From: Eubacteriales bacterium
GTDB taxonomy: Bacteria > Bacillota > Clostridia > Oscillospirales > CAG-272
Assembly (NCBI GenBank): GCA_045613985.1
Contig: JAZLCA010000064.1
Span: 13,837 to 77,836 of the forward strand
Length of the DNA: 64,000 nt
Direction: 5' to 3'
Position 1 is the stretch's first letter, and every line of letters starts with the position of its first letter. Both the position numbers and the translations under genes were made by a program. A model generated the notes under the pieces. It did not search any database and was not told the DNA's origin. It worked only from the letters and a program-made list of their open reading frames with translations. Shown here piece by piece: positions 9,902-18,091 of this stretch.

Positions 9902-10280
9902 TTTTTTGTTTGGCTGGGTTTTTTACAACTTCGTAGCCGGACGATCATAACGCGGGTTCTTAATTCAGTGCTTGCAGGGGTTTTCAGTTACCCGCTCCCG
10001 AAGAATTTTGCAAGCAAAATTCTTCCCATAGAAATACAAGTTTCACATCGCGCTGATCTGTTCAGCTTTTGGGATGTTCATTCTTTGCCGCTTGATGGAA
10101 AGCCAACACGAGCGGCAGATATGCCAAAGCAAAAAGTTTGGCGGGTTTCTTAAGGGCATTAAGCCCTTAAGCTGATTTTCTTTCGTCCTTTCTTTGTTCA
10201 GTGACAAAGAAAGGACATAAAAGCCGGTACAGCGCGGCGCGAAGCTGTACGCGCGTCAAGTAGCGGAGTTGCAGAGAGTT
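9902..10280. repeat. Long copy of the mosaic hairpin intergenic repeat (MITE-like; weak terminal inverted similarity)
   Basis: At least 5 stem-loops: 10000-10025 GAAGAATTTTGC/GCAAAATTCTTC, 10086-10117, 10149-10171 CTTAAGGGC/GCCCTTAAG, 10186-10215 TCCTTTCTTTGT/ACAAAGAAAGGA, and 10228-10250. Modules are shared with 6548-6700. Ends TACAACTTCGTAGCCGGAC and rc(CTGCAACTCCGCTACTTGAC) are partly inverted. Confidence 0.55.
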
Positions 10281-10291
10281 CAGCAATACTA

Positions 10292-11053
10292 TTACTTTAT
10301 CTTCTGCTGCTTACACCAAATCTTCATAATCAATTTATGCGGCAAGAACTTAACCAGCGCCACCTGCAAGCGCGGGTACTTGCCGTGAATGGACACGTCC
10401 TTGCCCTTTTTCATGTCGCGAATGGCCTGTTTAACGACACCCGAGGCCTCGTACATATGGCTGTAATAAGAAATGGTATCGTCCGTTTTGGCACGATCGA
10501 AAAATTCGGTTTTGACCCAGTAGGGACAAACGGCCATAACGCGAATGCCGCGCGATTTCCATTCGACGTTCAATGCGCGCGAGAAGGACAGGACGAACGC
10601 CTTGGTCGCGGCGTAGACGTTGATGCAAGGCACGGGCTGGAAGGAGGACAGCGAGCCGAGCTGGTAGACGCGGCTGCCCGACGACAGATAGGGGAGAGTC
10701 GTGTGTGTCATGGCCATCAGTGCGCGAGCGTTGAGATCGATCATGTCGCACTGAGCGTCCAGCGAAATATCGGCAAAAGCATGGAAATGACCAAAGCCCG
10801 CCGCATTGACCAGCACCGCTACCTCGGGCTTGTGCTCCTCAAGCAGTGCCTTGTACTCGTCGATGCTCTCGCGCTTGCCAAGATCCAAGGGGATGGCGCG
10901 CACCTTGGCGCGGACGGAGGCTTGCAGCTCTTCCAATCGATCACGGCGACGGGCGATGAGCCACAGCTCGTCGAACTGCTCGTCTTTGTCCAGCTGGGTG
11001 ACAAACTCGCGTCCCATACCCGAGGACGCACCGGTAATGACGGCGATTTTCAT
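10292..11053 (-). CDS. SDR-family short-chain dehydrogenase/reductase
   Basis: MKIAVITGASSGMGREF (TGxxxGxG) and YAATKAF (YxxxK). Start chosen at 11053 because of RBS AAGGAG; the track ORF starts 33 nt further upstream. Confidence 0.85.
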   Translation of the reverse strand: MKIAVITGASSGMGREFVTQLDKDEQFDELWLIARRRDRLEELQASVRAKVRAIPLDLGKRESIDEYKALLEEHKPEVAVLVNAAGFGHFHAFADISLDAQCDMIDLNARALMAMTHTTLPYLSSGSRVYQLGSLSSFQPVPCINVYAATKAFVLSFSRALNVEWKSRGIRVMAVCPYWVKTEFFDRAKTDDTISYYSHMYEASGVVKQAIRDMKKGKDVSIHGKYPRLQVALVKFLPHKLIMKIWCKQQKIK

Positions 11054-11082
11054 GGTTTGATACTCCTTTGGTAAGTGAAAAA

Positions 11083-12348
11083 TCAATCAAAGCTATAAAA
11101 AGCGGGAAGTCCTCCTACGTAGTCGGGGGTGGCCTCGCCCACGATCAGCGGGGCGAGATAGTGACAGCACTCGTCGGTGACGTTGTTGGCCTCGGCATTG
11201 ATAAACTCATCGGGCACGCGGCGCACCTGATTGGCGATGGCCGCGACGGGCGAGTGACAGATGTAGGATGTGTAGGGATCGTTGGACGCACGGTTGATGG
11301 TCATCATGACTTCGCTCACACCCGCGTCGGCCGCCTTGACGGCGGTCTTACCGGTGCGGAGCGATTCCTCAATATCCACGGCAGAGAGCAGATGAGCGCC
11401 GCAACGCTGGGGAAGATTCAGCTCAACCGAGCGCACCTTACAGCCGATCTGATCCTTGATGGCAAATTCGAGTGCCTTGCCCGCGCCTGCCAGGGCGCTG
11501 TGGCCGAACACGTCGGTGGCCTGTCCTCCGCTCTGTACCGATGCACCAACGGGCGTTCCGTCGGCAAATCGAATGCCCTCGGATACGGCAATGACGACGT
11601 TGGGATGGCGGGCGAGAGCCGCGCGGACGTCATCCATAAAGCCCTCGAGCGAGAAAGGACGCTCGGGGAGATATACGTAATCGGGAGCAAGACCGTTTAC
11701 CACGCGGCCGATGGCGGACGAGGCGGTCAGCCAGCCGGCGTCACGTCCCATGATCTCCACGATGGTGACGGCGGGGATGGTGTACACGGCGCAGTCCTGC
11801 AGGATCTCCTGCATGGTGGTGGCAACAAACTTGGCCGCCGAGCCAAAGCCGGGGGTATGATCGGTGCCCTCCAGATCGTTGTCGATGGTCTTGGGAACGC
11901 CAATGACGTTTAAGGGATAGCCGACACGGCGGGTATAAGCAGACAGCTTGGCAACGGTATCCATCGAGTCATTGCCGCCGATGTAGAAGAAGGTATCAAT
12001 GTTATTTTTCTTGAAAATATCCAATAGCTTTTGGTAAAAGGGCTCGTTTTCCGGCTTGTTCGGGTCGGGCAGCTTGCGGCGGCAAGAGCCGAGAGCGGCG
12101 GCGGGGGTGTGCGTCAGCAACTTGAGCGCGTCCTCGTCGGGTGTTTGGCCGTCCTCAAGGGTAAACCGATCGGTCAGATCGACCATTCTCTCTTCAAGAC
12201 AACCCTCAATGCCGTTTCTCATGCCAAACAGACGATGCTCGGGGGCATGATCCAACATTCCCCGAATGACACCGCAAAGGGTGGCGTTGATGGCGGCGGT
12301 GGGGCCTCCCGATTGACCTACGATAGCGTTTGCTTTGATGGTTCCCAT
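11083..12348 (-). CDS. pfk: 6-phosphofructokinase family, long (about 420 aa) type, possibly PPi-dependent
   Basis: GQSGGPTAAINA, IGGNDSMDT, PKTIDNDL and MGRDAGWL. Phosphoryl-donor specificity is not decidable by eye. Confidence 0.8.
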   Translation of the reverse strand: MGTIKANAIVGQSGGPTAAINATLCGVIRGMLDHAPEHRLFGMRNGIEGCLEERMVDLTDRFTLEDGQTPDEDALKLLTHTPAAALGSCRRKLPDPNKPENEPFYQKLLDIFKKNNIDTFFYIGGNDSMDTVAKLSAYTRRVGYPLNVIGVPKTIDNDLEGTDHTPGFGSAAKFVATTMQEILQDCAVYTIPAVTIVEIMGRDAGWLTASSAIGRVVNGLAPDYVYLPERPFSLEGFMDDVRAALARHPNVVIAVSEGIRFADGTPVGASVQSGGQATDVFGHSALAGAGKALEFAIKDQIGCKVRSVELNLPQRCGAHLLSAVDIEESLRTGKTAVKAADAGVSEVMMTINRASNDPYTSYICHSPVAAIANQVRRVPDEFINAEANNVTDECCHYLAPLIVGEATPDYVGGLPAFYSFD

Positions 12349-12472
12349 AACGAAAATCCTTTCCGAAAGTAGTCATAAATATACATTATAATTATAACAC
12401 GCCGCCCCTTTTTTGTCAAGCATGGCAAGGGCGGGCAAAAGAAAATTTTATGAAATTGCGAATGCGGGATGG

Positions 12473-12501
12473 TTGACAAGGCTATAAATATTTGTTATAA
12501 T
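12473..12501 (+). promoter_or_regulatory. sigma-A consensus promoter (TTGACA-N17-TATAAT) of SBP-like gene 1
   Basis: Perfect -35 and -10 hexamers with a 17-nt spacer. Confidence 0.7.
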
Positions 12502-12589
12502 GCTATCAAAGTGTGGCACTATACCCGTTTGAGACTTCCTTTTTGACACGGTGCTGCGCCGAAAATCTGTTTTCAGAGAGGAAAATATT

Positions 12590-14260
12590 ATGAAAAACAA
12601 CGTTTTTCGTCTGGTAGCTCTCCTTTTGGCGGTGGTTATGTGCTTCAGCCTTTTGATCGCCTGCAGTGATCCCCAGACACCCGATGACAAGCCCGATCAG
12701 CCCGATGAACAACCCGACGAGGGATCCAAGTGCGATGGCAATCACGTCGATGCCGATAACGACGAAAAGTGCGACGCCTGCGGCACGAAGGTAGAGCCCG
12801 GCGAACAGAAGCCCGACTGCAACGGCGATCACACCGACGCCGACAAGGACGGAAAGTGCGATGCTTGCGACGCGGATGTAAAGCCCGAGAAGCAGTACGT
12901 AGAGCACTCCGTTCCCGAAGGAAAGAACTTTGCTTCCGATCCCAAGAACATCGTCAACGTCCTGCACTACACGGATGGCGTCCACGAGTATTATAACCCC
13001 TGGGACGAGATTTGCCCCTCCACCGGTATGGAGGTCAGCCCCGGCGACTACGTCGGTGATATGATCTTTGACCGTACTGCTTGGCTGGAAGAGAATTACG
13101 GCATCGTTATGGGGTGCGTTTATGTCTCTCAAGGTACCAACTTTGTCAACGCGGTTCGTGCCGAGATCGAGACCGGTGCCCGTGACTATCAGATGGTCGA
13201 CTATTTCGCTTTCGGTGCACAGAAGATCATGGGTCAGGAGTACTTCCTGAATATGACAGATATCGAGTACATCGATTTTGAAGATCCTTGGTGGGTCGAC
13301 AGTGCCATCGAGGAGTTCAGCTTGGGTGACTACGTTGAGTTCGGCGCGTCCGATATGCTGCTGCTGGATAAGGGTGCTACGACTCTGGTCTACTACAACA
13401 TCGGCATGGCGGATGACCTTGGCATTTGCGACCTGTACGACATGGTAAGAGATATGGAGTGGACGCTGGATGAGCTGGTTGCGTGCGCAGAGCTGGCCCT
13501 GAAGGACAACGGCGACGACATTTGGGACCACAACGATATTTACGGTGTCTCCAACGGTGACGACCCCGTTCACAACCTGTACATCGCTTCCGGTAACAAG
13601 TTCATCAAGAAGGACGCCTTCGGTGAGTTCTATTACAGCTATTGCACGGACGAAGGAACTGCCGACGTTATGATCGACATTCTGGAGAAGGTCATGTACG
13701 CCGACTGGTTCTGGAATAGCTGGATCAAGAGAGATTTGGGTGGGGACAACCAGCCCAAGTTCGATGCAGGCCAGGCGCTGTTCACCTTCGCTAAGGCAAA
13801 GAACTGTCTGACCCTGCGTGACATGGAGGCAGACTACGGTATTCTGCCCATGCCTATGTATGATCTGGATCAGGAACAGTATTACAGCCAGGTTTCCAAC
13901 TACCACGATTCGCTGTTTGCGATTCCTATCAGTGCGACCGGCAACACCGAGATCATCGGTGCCGCCATCGAGCTGCTCAGCCACTATTCCTACTACAACA
14001 TCTACGACAGCTTCTTTGAGATCATCATTCAGAACCGCGGTTCCCGCGATGCGGAGTCCAAGGAAATGCTGGATATCATCTTTGATACCCGTACCTACGA
14101 TATGGGTCTGTTGTATGCCCCCGTCGGTGTTTCCGATAGAGTTCTGCGTTACACCAGTACCGGTGAGACCGGTGTCGTTTCCTTCTGGGAAGGCTTCAGC
14201 TCCCAGCTGGAGGCCGCCATCGAGGACCTCAACGAGCTGATGCACACCTATAACGACTAA
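12590..14260 (+). CDS. Lipoprotein, family-1 extracellular solute-binding-protein-like, with two Cys-stapled acidic modules in its tether
   Basis: Signal/lipobox MKNNVFRLVALLLAVVMCFSLLIAC. The tether contains CDGNHVDADNDEKCDAC and CNGDHTDADKDGKCDAC. The body has an SBP-like W(T)LDE motif. No ABC importer permease is nearby. Confidence 0.75.
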   Translation: MKNNVFRLVALLLAVVMCFSLLIACSDPQTPDDKPDQPDEQPDEGSKCDGNHVDADNDEKCDACGTKVEPGEQKPDCNGDHTDADKDGKCDACDADVKPEKQYVEHSVPEGKNFASDPKNIVNVLHYTDGVHEYYNPWDEICPSTGMEVSPGDYVGDMIFDRTAWLEENYGIVMGCVYVSQGTNFVNAVRAEIETGARDYQMVDYFAFGAQKIMGQEYFLNMTDIEYIDFEDPWWVDSAIEEFSLGDYVEFGASDMLLLDKGATTLVYYNIGMADDLGICDLYDMVRDMEWTLDELVACAELALKDNGDDIWDHNDIYGVSNGDDPVHNLYIASGNKFIKKDAFGEFYYSYCTDEGTADVMIDILEKVMYADWFWNSWIKRDLGGDNQPKFDAGQALFTFAKAKNCLTLRDMEADYGILPMPMYDLDQEQYYSQVSNYHDSLFAIPISATGNTEIIGAAIELLSHYSYYNIYDSFFEIIIQNRGSRDAESKEMLDIIFDTRTYDMGLLYAPVGVSDRVLRYTSTGETGVVSFWEGFSSQLEAAIEDLNELMHTYND

Positions 14261-14269
14261 TAATACAGC

Positions 14270-14306
14270 AAAAAAGAACCTCCGCCGCGGCGGAGGTTCT
14301 TTTTTG
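14270..14306 (+). terminator. Rho-independent terminator of SBP-like gene 1
   Basis: Palindromic stem GAACCTCCGCCG/CGGCGGAGGTTC, then T6. Confidence 0.85.
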
Positions 14307-14401
14307 TTGAGATTTATGCCCAAGCAGCATTTCGTAAAAAGCCTTGCTGTTGAGGGATCGACGGACAAAAGAAATTTTCTCGATTTGTACCTCTTGGGTG
14401 A

Positions 14402-14430
14402 TTGACAAAGCTATAAATATTTGTTATAAT
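14402..14430 (+). promoter_or_regulatory. sigma-A consensus promoter (TTGACA-N17-TATAAT) of SBP-like gene 2
   Basis: Duplicate of the 12473-12501 promoter. Confidence 0.7.
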
Positions 14431-14518
14431 GCTATTAAGGTGTGGCACTATACCTGTTTGGGATTTTTCTGTTGACATGGTGCTGTGCCGCAAATCTATT
14501 TTCAGAGAGGAAAAGAAT

Positions 14519-16153
14519 ATGAAAAACAACGTTTTTCGTCTGTTGGCTCTCCTTTTGGCGTTGGTTATGTGCTTTGGTCTGATCGCCTGCTCCAATCCCG
14601 ACGAGCTTGACAACGATCCCGACAAGGAAGCCTCCGGCGACAAGCCCGGTGACAAGGACCCGGACGATAAGGAGCCCGATGACAAGCCTCCCGTTGACGA
14701 TCCCACCTGCGACGGCAATCACGTCGATGCGGATGGTGACGGCAAGTGCGACAACTGCGATGCTGAAGTGGAGCCCGAGAAGCAGTACGTAGAGCACTCC
14801 GTTCCCGAAGGAAAGAACTTTGCAGCCGATCCCAAGAACATTGTTAACGTCCTGCACTACACGACGGGCGACCACGAGGCCTACAACCCTTGGGATGAGA
14901 TCTGCCCCTCCACCGGTATGGAGGTCAGCCCCGGCGACTACGTCGGTGATATGATCTTTGACCGTACCGCTTGGTTGGAAGAGAACTACGGCATCATCAT
15001 GGGTTGTGAGTACATTCCCCACGGTACCGAGTTTATCGATGCTGTCCGCGCGGAGATCCAGACCGGTGCTCGCGACTATCAGATGGTCGACTATTTTGCA
15101 TTCGGTGCACAGAAGGTCATGGGTCAGGAGTACTTCCTGAACATGGCGGATATCGAGTACATCGATTTCGAGGATCCTTGGTGGATCGACAGTGCCATCG
15201 AGGAGTTCAGCTTGGGCGATTACGTTGAGTTCGGCGCATCCGATATGCTGCTGCTGGATAAGGGTGCTACCACGCTGATCTACTACAACATCGGCATGGC
15301 TGACGACCTGGGTATCGACAACCTGTACGATATGGTACGAAACAAGGAGTGGACGCTGGACGCACTGGTTGAGTGCGCAGAGCTGGCCCTGAAGGACAAC
15401 GGTGACGACGTTTGGGACCACAACGATATTTACGGTGTCTCCAACGGTGACGACCCCGTTCACAACCTGTACATCGCTTCCGGTAATAAGTTCATCAAGA
15501 AGGACGCCTTTGGTGAGTTCTATTACAGCTATTGCACGGACGAAGGAACTGCTGACGTTATGATCGACATTCTGGAGAAGGTCATGTACGCCGACTGGTT
15601 CTGGAACAGCTGGATCAAGAGAGATCTGGGCAAGGAAAACCAGCCCAAGTTCGATGCAGGCCAGGCACTGTTCAGCTTTAACAAGGCCAAGAGCTGCCTG
15701 ACCCTGCGTGACATGGAGGCAGACTACGGTATTCTGCCCATGCCTATGTATGATCTTGAGCAGGAACAGTATTACAGCCAGGTTTCCAACTACCACGATT
15801 CGCTGTTTGCGGTTCCCATGAGTGCGACCGGCAACACCGAGATCATCGGTGCCGCCATCGAGCTGCTCAGCCACTATTCCTACTACAACATCTACGACAA
15901 TTTCTTTGAGATCATCATTCAGAACCGCGGTTCTCGCGATGCGGAGTCCAAGGAAATGCTGGATATCATCTTTGATACCCGTACCTACGATATGGGTCTG
16001 TTGTATGACCCCGTCGGTGTTTCCGATAGAGTCCTGCGCTACACCAATACCGGTGAGACCGGTGTCGTTTCCTTCTGGGAAGGCTTCAGCTCCCAGCTGG
16101 AGGCCGCCATCGAGGACCTCAACGAGCTGATGTACAGATACAACGACAAATAA
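14519..16153 (+). CDS. Lipoprotein, SBP-like paralogue, with one Cys-stapled acidic module
   Basis: MKNNVFRLLALLLALVMCFGLIAC lipobox. The tether contains CDGNHVDADGDGKCDNC. The remainder is near-identical to the 12590-14260 product. Confidence 0.75.
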   Translation: MKNNVFRLLALLLALVMCFGLIACSNPDELDNDPDKEASGDKPGDKDPDDKEPDDKPPVDDPTCDGNHVDADGDGKCDNCDAEVEPEKQYVEHSVPEGKNFAADPKNIVNVLHYTTGDHEAYNPWDEICPSTGMEVSPGDYVGDMIFDRTAWLEENYGIIMGCEYIPHGTEFIDAVRAEIQTGARDYQMVDYFAFGAQKVMGQEYFLNMADIEYIDFEDPWWIDSAIEEFSLGDYVEFGASDMLLLDKGATTLIYYNIGMADDLGIDNLYDMVRNKEWTLDALVECAELALKDNGDDVWDHNDIYGVSNGDDPVHNLYIASGNKFIKKDAFGEFYYSYCTDEGTADVMIDILEKVMYADWFWNSWIKRDLGKENQPKFDAGQALFSFNKAKSCLTLRDMEADYGILPMPMYDLEQEQYYSQVSNYHDSLFAVPMSATGNTEIIGAAIELLSHYSYYNIYDNFFEIIIQNRGSRDAESKEMLDIIFDTRTYDMGLLYDPVGVSDRVLRYTNTGETGVVSFWEGFSSQLEAAIEDLNELMYRYNDK

Positions 16154-16159
16154 CACAGC

Positions 16160-16198
16160 AAAAAAGAACCTCCACTGCGGTGGAGGTTCTTTTTTTGT
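16160..16198. terminator. Bidirectional terminator (SBP-like gene 2 / ABC exporter operon)
   Basis: Stem GAACCTCCAC/GTGGAGGTTC, flanked by an A-run and a T-run. Convergent genes end on both sides. Confidence 0.8.
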
Positions 16199-18091
16199 TT
16201 ATGATTGCGCGCCGAGCAGCTTCTGCTTTTCAAATTGCATTTTGTACAATTCGTAGTAGCGGCCCTTTTGCTCCAGCAGCGAGGCGTGGTTGCCTTGCTC
16301 GATGATCACGCCGTGGGACAGCACGATAATATTGTCGGCGTGCTGAATGGTGGACAGGCGGTGGGCGACCATAAGCATGGTGCCGATGTTCATCATCTTT
16401 TCAAGCGAATCCTGAATGAGCAGCTCGGTCTCGGTGTCGATGTTGGCCGTTGCCTCGTCAAGGATCATGACCGCCGGCTTATGCACAATGGTACGGGCGA
16501 AGGACAACAGCTGACGCTGACCGGCCGAGAAGTTGTTGCCGCGGTCGCGGACGGGCTCGTCCAGGCCGTCCGCCAGCTTGTCGATGAAGTGGTCGGCGTT
16601 GACGTAGCGGCAGGCTTGCATGACGGCCTCATCGTCCACGCCCTCCAAGCCCAGAAGGATATTGGAGCGGATGGTGCCCGAGAACAGGAACACGTCCTGC
16701 AGCATCTGACCGAAATGGCGGCGGAGGGAGGAGATCTTGATGCTCTTGATGTCGCGGCCGTCGATCAAAATCTGGCCCTTCTGAATGTCGTAGTTGCGGC
16801 AGAGTAGCGACAGGATGGTGGTCTTACCCGAGCCGGTCGAGCCGACGAAGGCAACGATGTCTCCGGCGTTCACCTTGAAGGAAACACCCTTGAGCACCCA
16901 CTCATCCGGCTTGTAGGCAAACCAAACGTCGCGGAATTCGATATTGCCCTCCATGGTTTCCAGTTCGACCGCGTCCTCCTCGTCGGTGACCTCGGGGACC
17001 ATGTCGAAAATGGTGAAGATCTTCTCGGCCGAAGCAAAGGCAGATTGCATCCAGTTGAATTGCTCGGCGAGGTTCTGAATGGGATTGAAGAATTTGTTGA
17101 TGAAGGAATAGAAGGAAACGACGACACCGCTGGTGATGGCCTGACCAAGGAAGGTGACGTCCTTGATATAGCCGCGGCCCGACAGGTACAACAGGCACAA
17201 GACCGAGCTGACGTACAGCATATAAACGAGGGGACGGAAGATACTGAAGACGAACATTTCGCCCATCTTGGATTTGCCCAGGCGTGCGTTCTTTTGATCG
17301 AACTCGTTCTTTTTCCATTCCTCGCGATTGAAGGCCTGGATGATCTTCATGCCCGACAGGTTTTCGGACAGGAAGGTGTTGATGTCCGTCGTCGCGTCCT
17401 TGGTTCGGCGATAGGCTTTACGCGAGAACTTGCGGAAGACGACGGTGAACAGGACGATAAAGGGAACGAAGCACAGCACCATCAGCGTGAGCATATAGTT
17501 GAGACACAGCATGGCGATCAGAACACCCACGATGATGAAGCAGTTTTTGATGAGGTTGACGATGAGGTTGGTGAACATCATCGAAATGGCTCCCGTGTCG
17601 TTGGTCACGCGGGTGACCAGCTTGCCGACGGGAATGGCGTGCAGCTGATTGTGCGAGAGCGATTCGATATGGACGAACAGATCCTCGCGGATACGGGAGA
17701 TGATCTTCTGGCCCGTCTTTTGAAGCACGATGGCTTGGATGTAGGTACTGATCAGAGAGACGATCAGGATGCCGGCGTAGACAATGACCAATCCCAGAAG
17801 ATCGGACATGGCAAAATCCTCTTTGATCATCTCAACGATATTACCCATCAAAATGGGGGCAACGATATCGTAGGAGATGGAGAACAGCATGACGCAAAGC
17901 ACCAAAACGAAGCTCTTCCAGTAGGGCTTGGCGTAGACCAGAAGGCGGCGGGTGATCTCCCCGTCCTTCATGTTGCGGTCAAAACCAATGGCCTCCTTTT
18001 GCTTGCGGATGGTCATGTAAGCAATGATAAATACCGTGGACAGCGCACCAAGCACGCCGCCGACCAAAAGCAGAGGGAAAAACTCATGCAT
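16199..18091 (-). CDS. ABC exporter, fused permease/ATPase half-transporter (ABCB/MsbA-like)
   Basis: N-terminal 6-TM domain, Walker A GSTGSGKTT, signature FSAGQRQLLSFAR, Walker B MILDEATANID. Confidence 0.9.
   Translation of the reverse strand: MHEFFPLLLVGGVLGALSTVFIIAYMTIRKQKEAIGFDRNMKDGEITRRLLVYAKPYWKSFVLVLCVMLFSISYDIVAPILMGNIVEMIKEDFAMSDLLGLVIVYAGILIVSLISTYIQAIVLQKTGQKIISRIREDLFVHIESLSHNQLHAIPVGKLVTRVTNDTGAISMMFTNLIVNLIKNCFIIVGVLIAMLCLNYMLTLMVLCFVPFIVLFTVVFRKFSRKAYRRTKDATTDINTFLSENLSGMKIIQAFNREEWKKNEFDQKNARLGKSKMGEMFVFSIFRPLVYMLYVSSVLCLLYLSGRGYIKDVTFLGQAITSGVVVSFYSFINKFFNPIQNLAEQFNWMQSAFASAEKIFTIFDMVPEVTDEEDAVELETMEGNIEFRDVWFAYKPDEWVLKGVSFKVNAGDIVAFVGSTGSGKTTILSLLCRNYDIQKGQILIDGRDIKSIKISSLRRHFGQMLQDVFLFSGTIRSNILLGLEGVDDEAVMQACRYVNADHFIDKLADGLDEPVRDRGNNFSAGQRQLLSFARTIVHKPAVMILDEATANIDTETELLIQDSLEKMMNIGTMLMVAHRLSTIQHADNIIVLSHGVIIEQGNHASLLEQKGRYYELYKMQFEKQKLLGAQS

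Larger units (their letters stand above)
12440..16198 (+). repeat. Tandem duplication (about 1.89 kb unit) of promoter + leader + SBP-like lipoprotein gene + terminator
   Basis: The two units are offset by 1890-1893 nt (for example GAGAAGCAGTACGTAGAGCACTCC at 12888 and 14778). Promoters, 5' leaders and terminators are also duplicated. Only the N-terminal linker differs strongly. Confidence 0.9.

Noticed and set aside
9872-10153. A 93-aa ORF inside the 9902-10280 intergenic region.
   Set aside because: It lies entirely within the hairpin repeat, has no RBS, and its sequence is dictated by palindromic modules that also occur inverted at 6548-6700.
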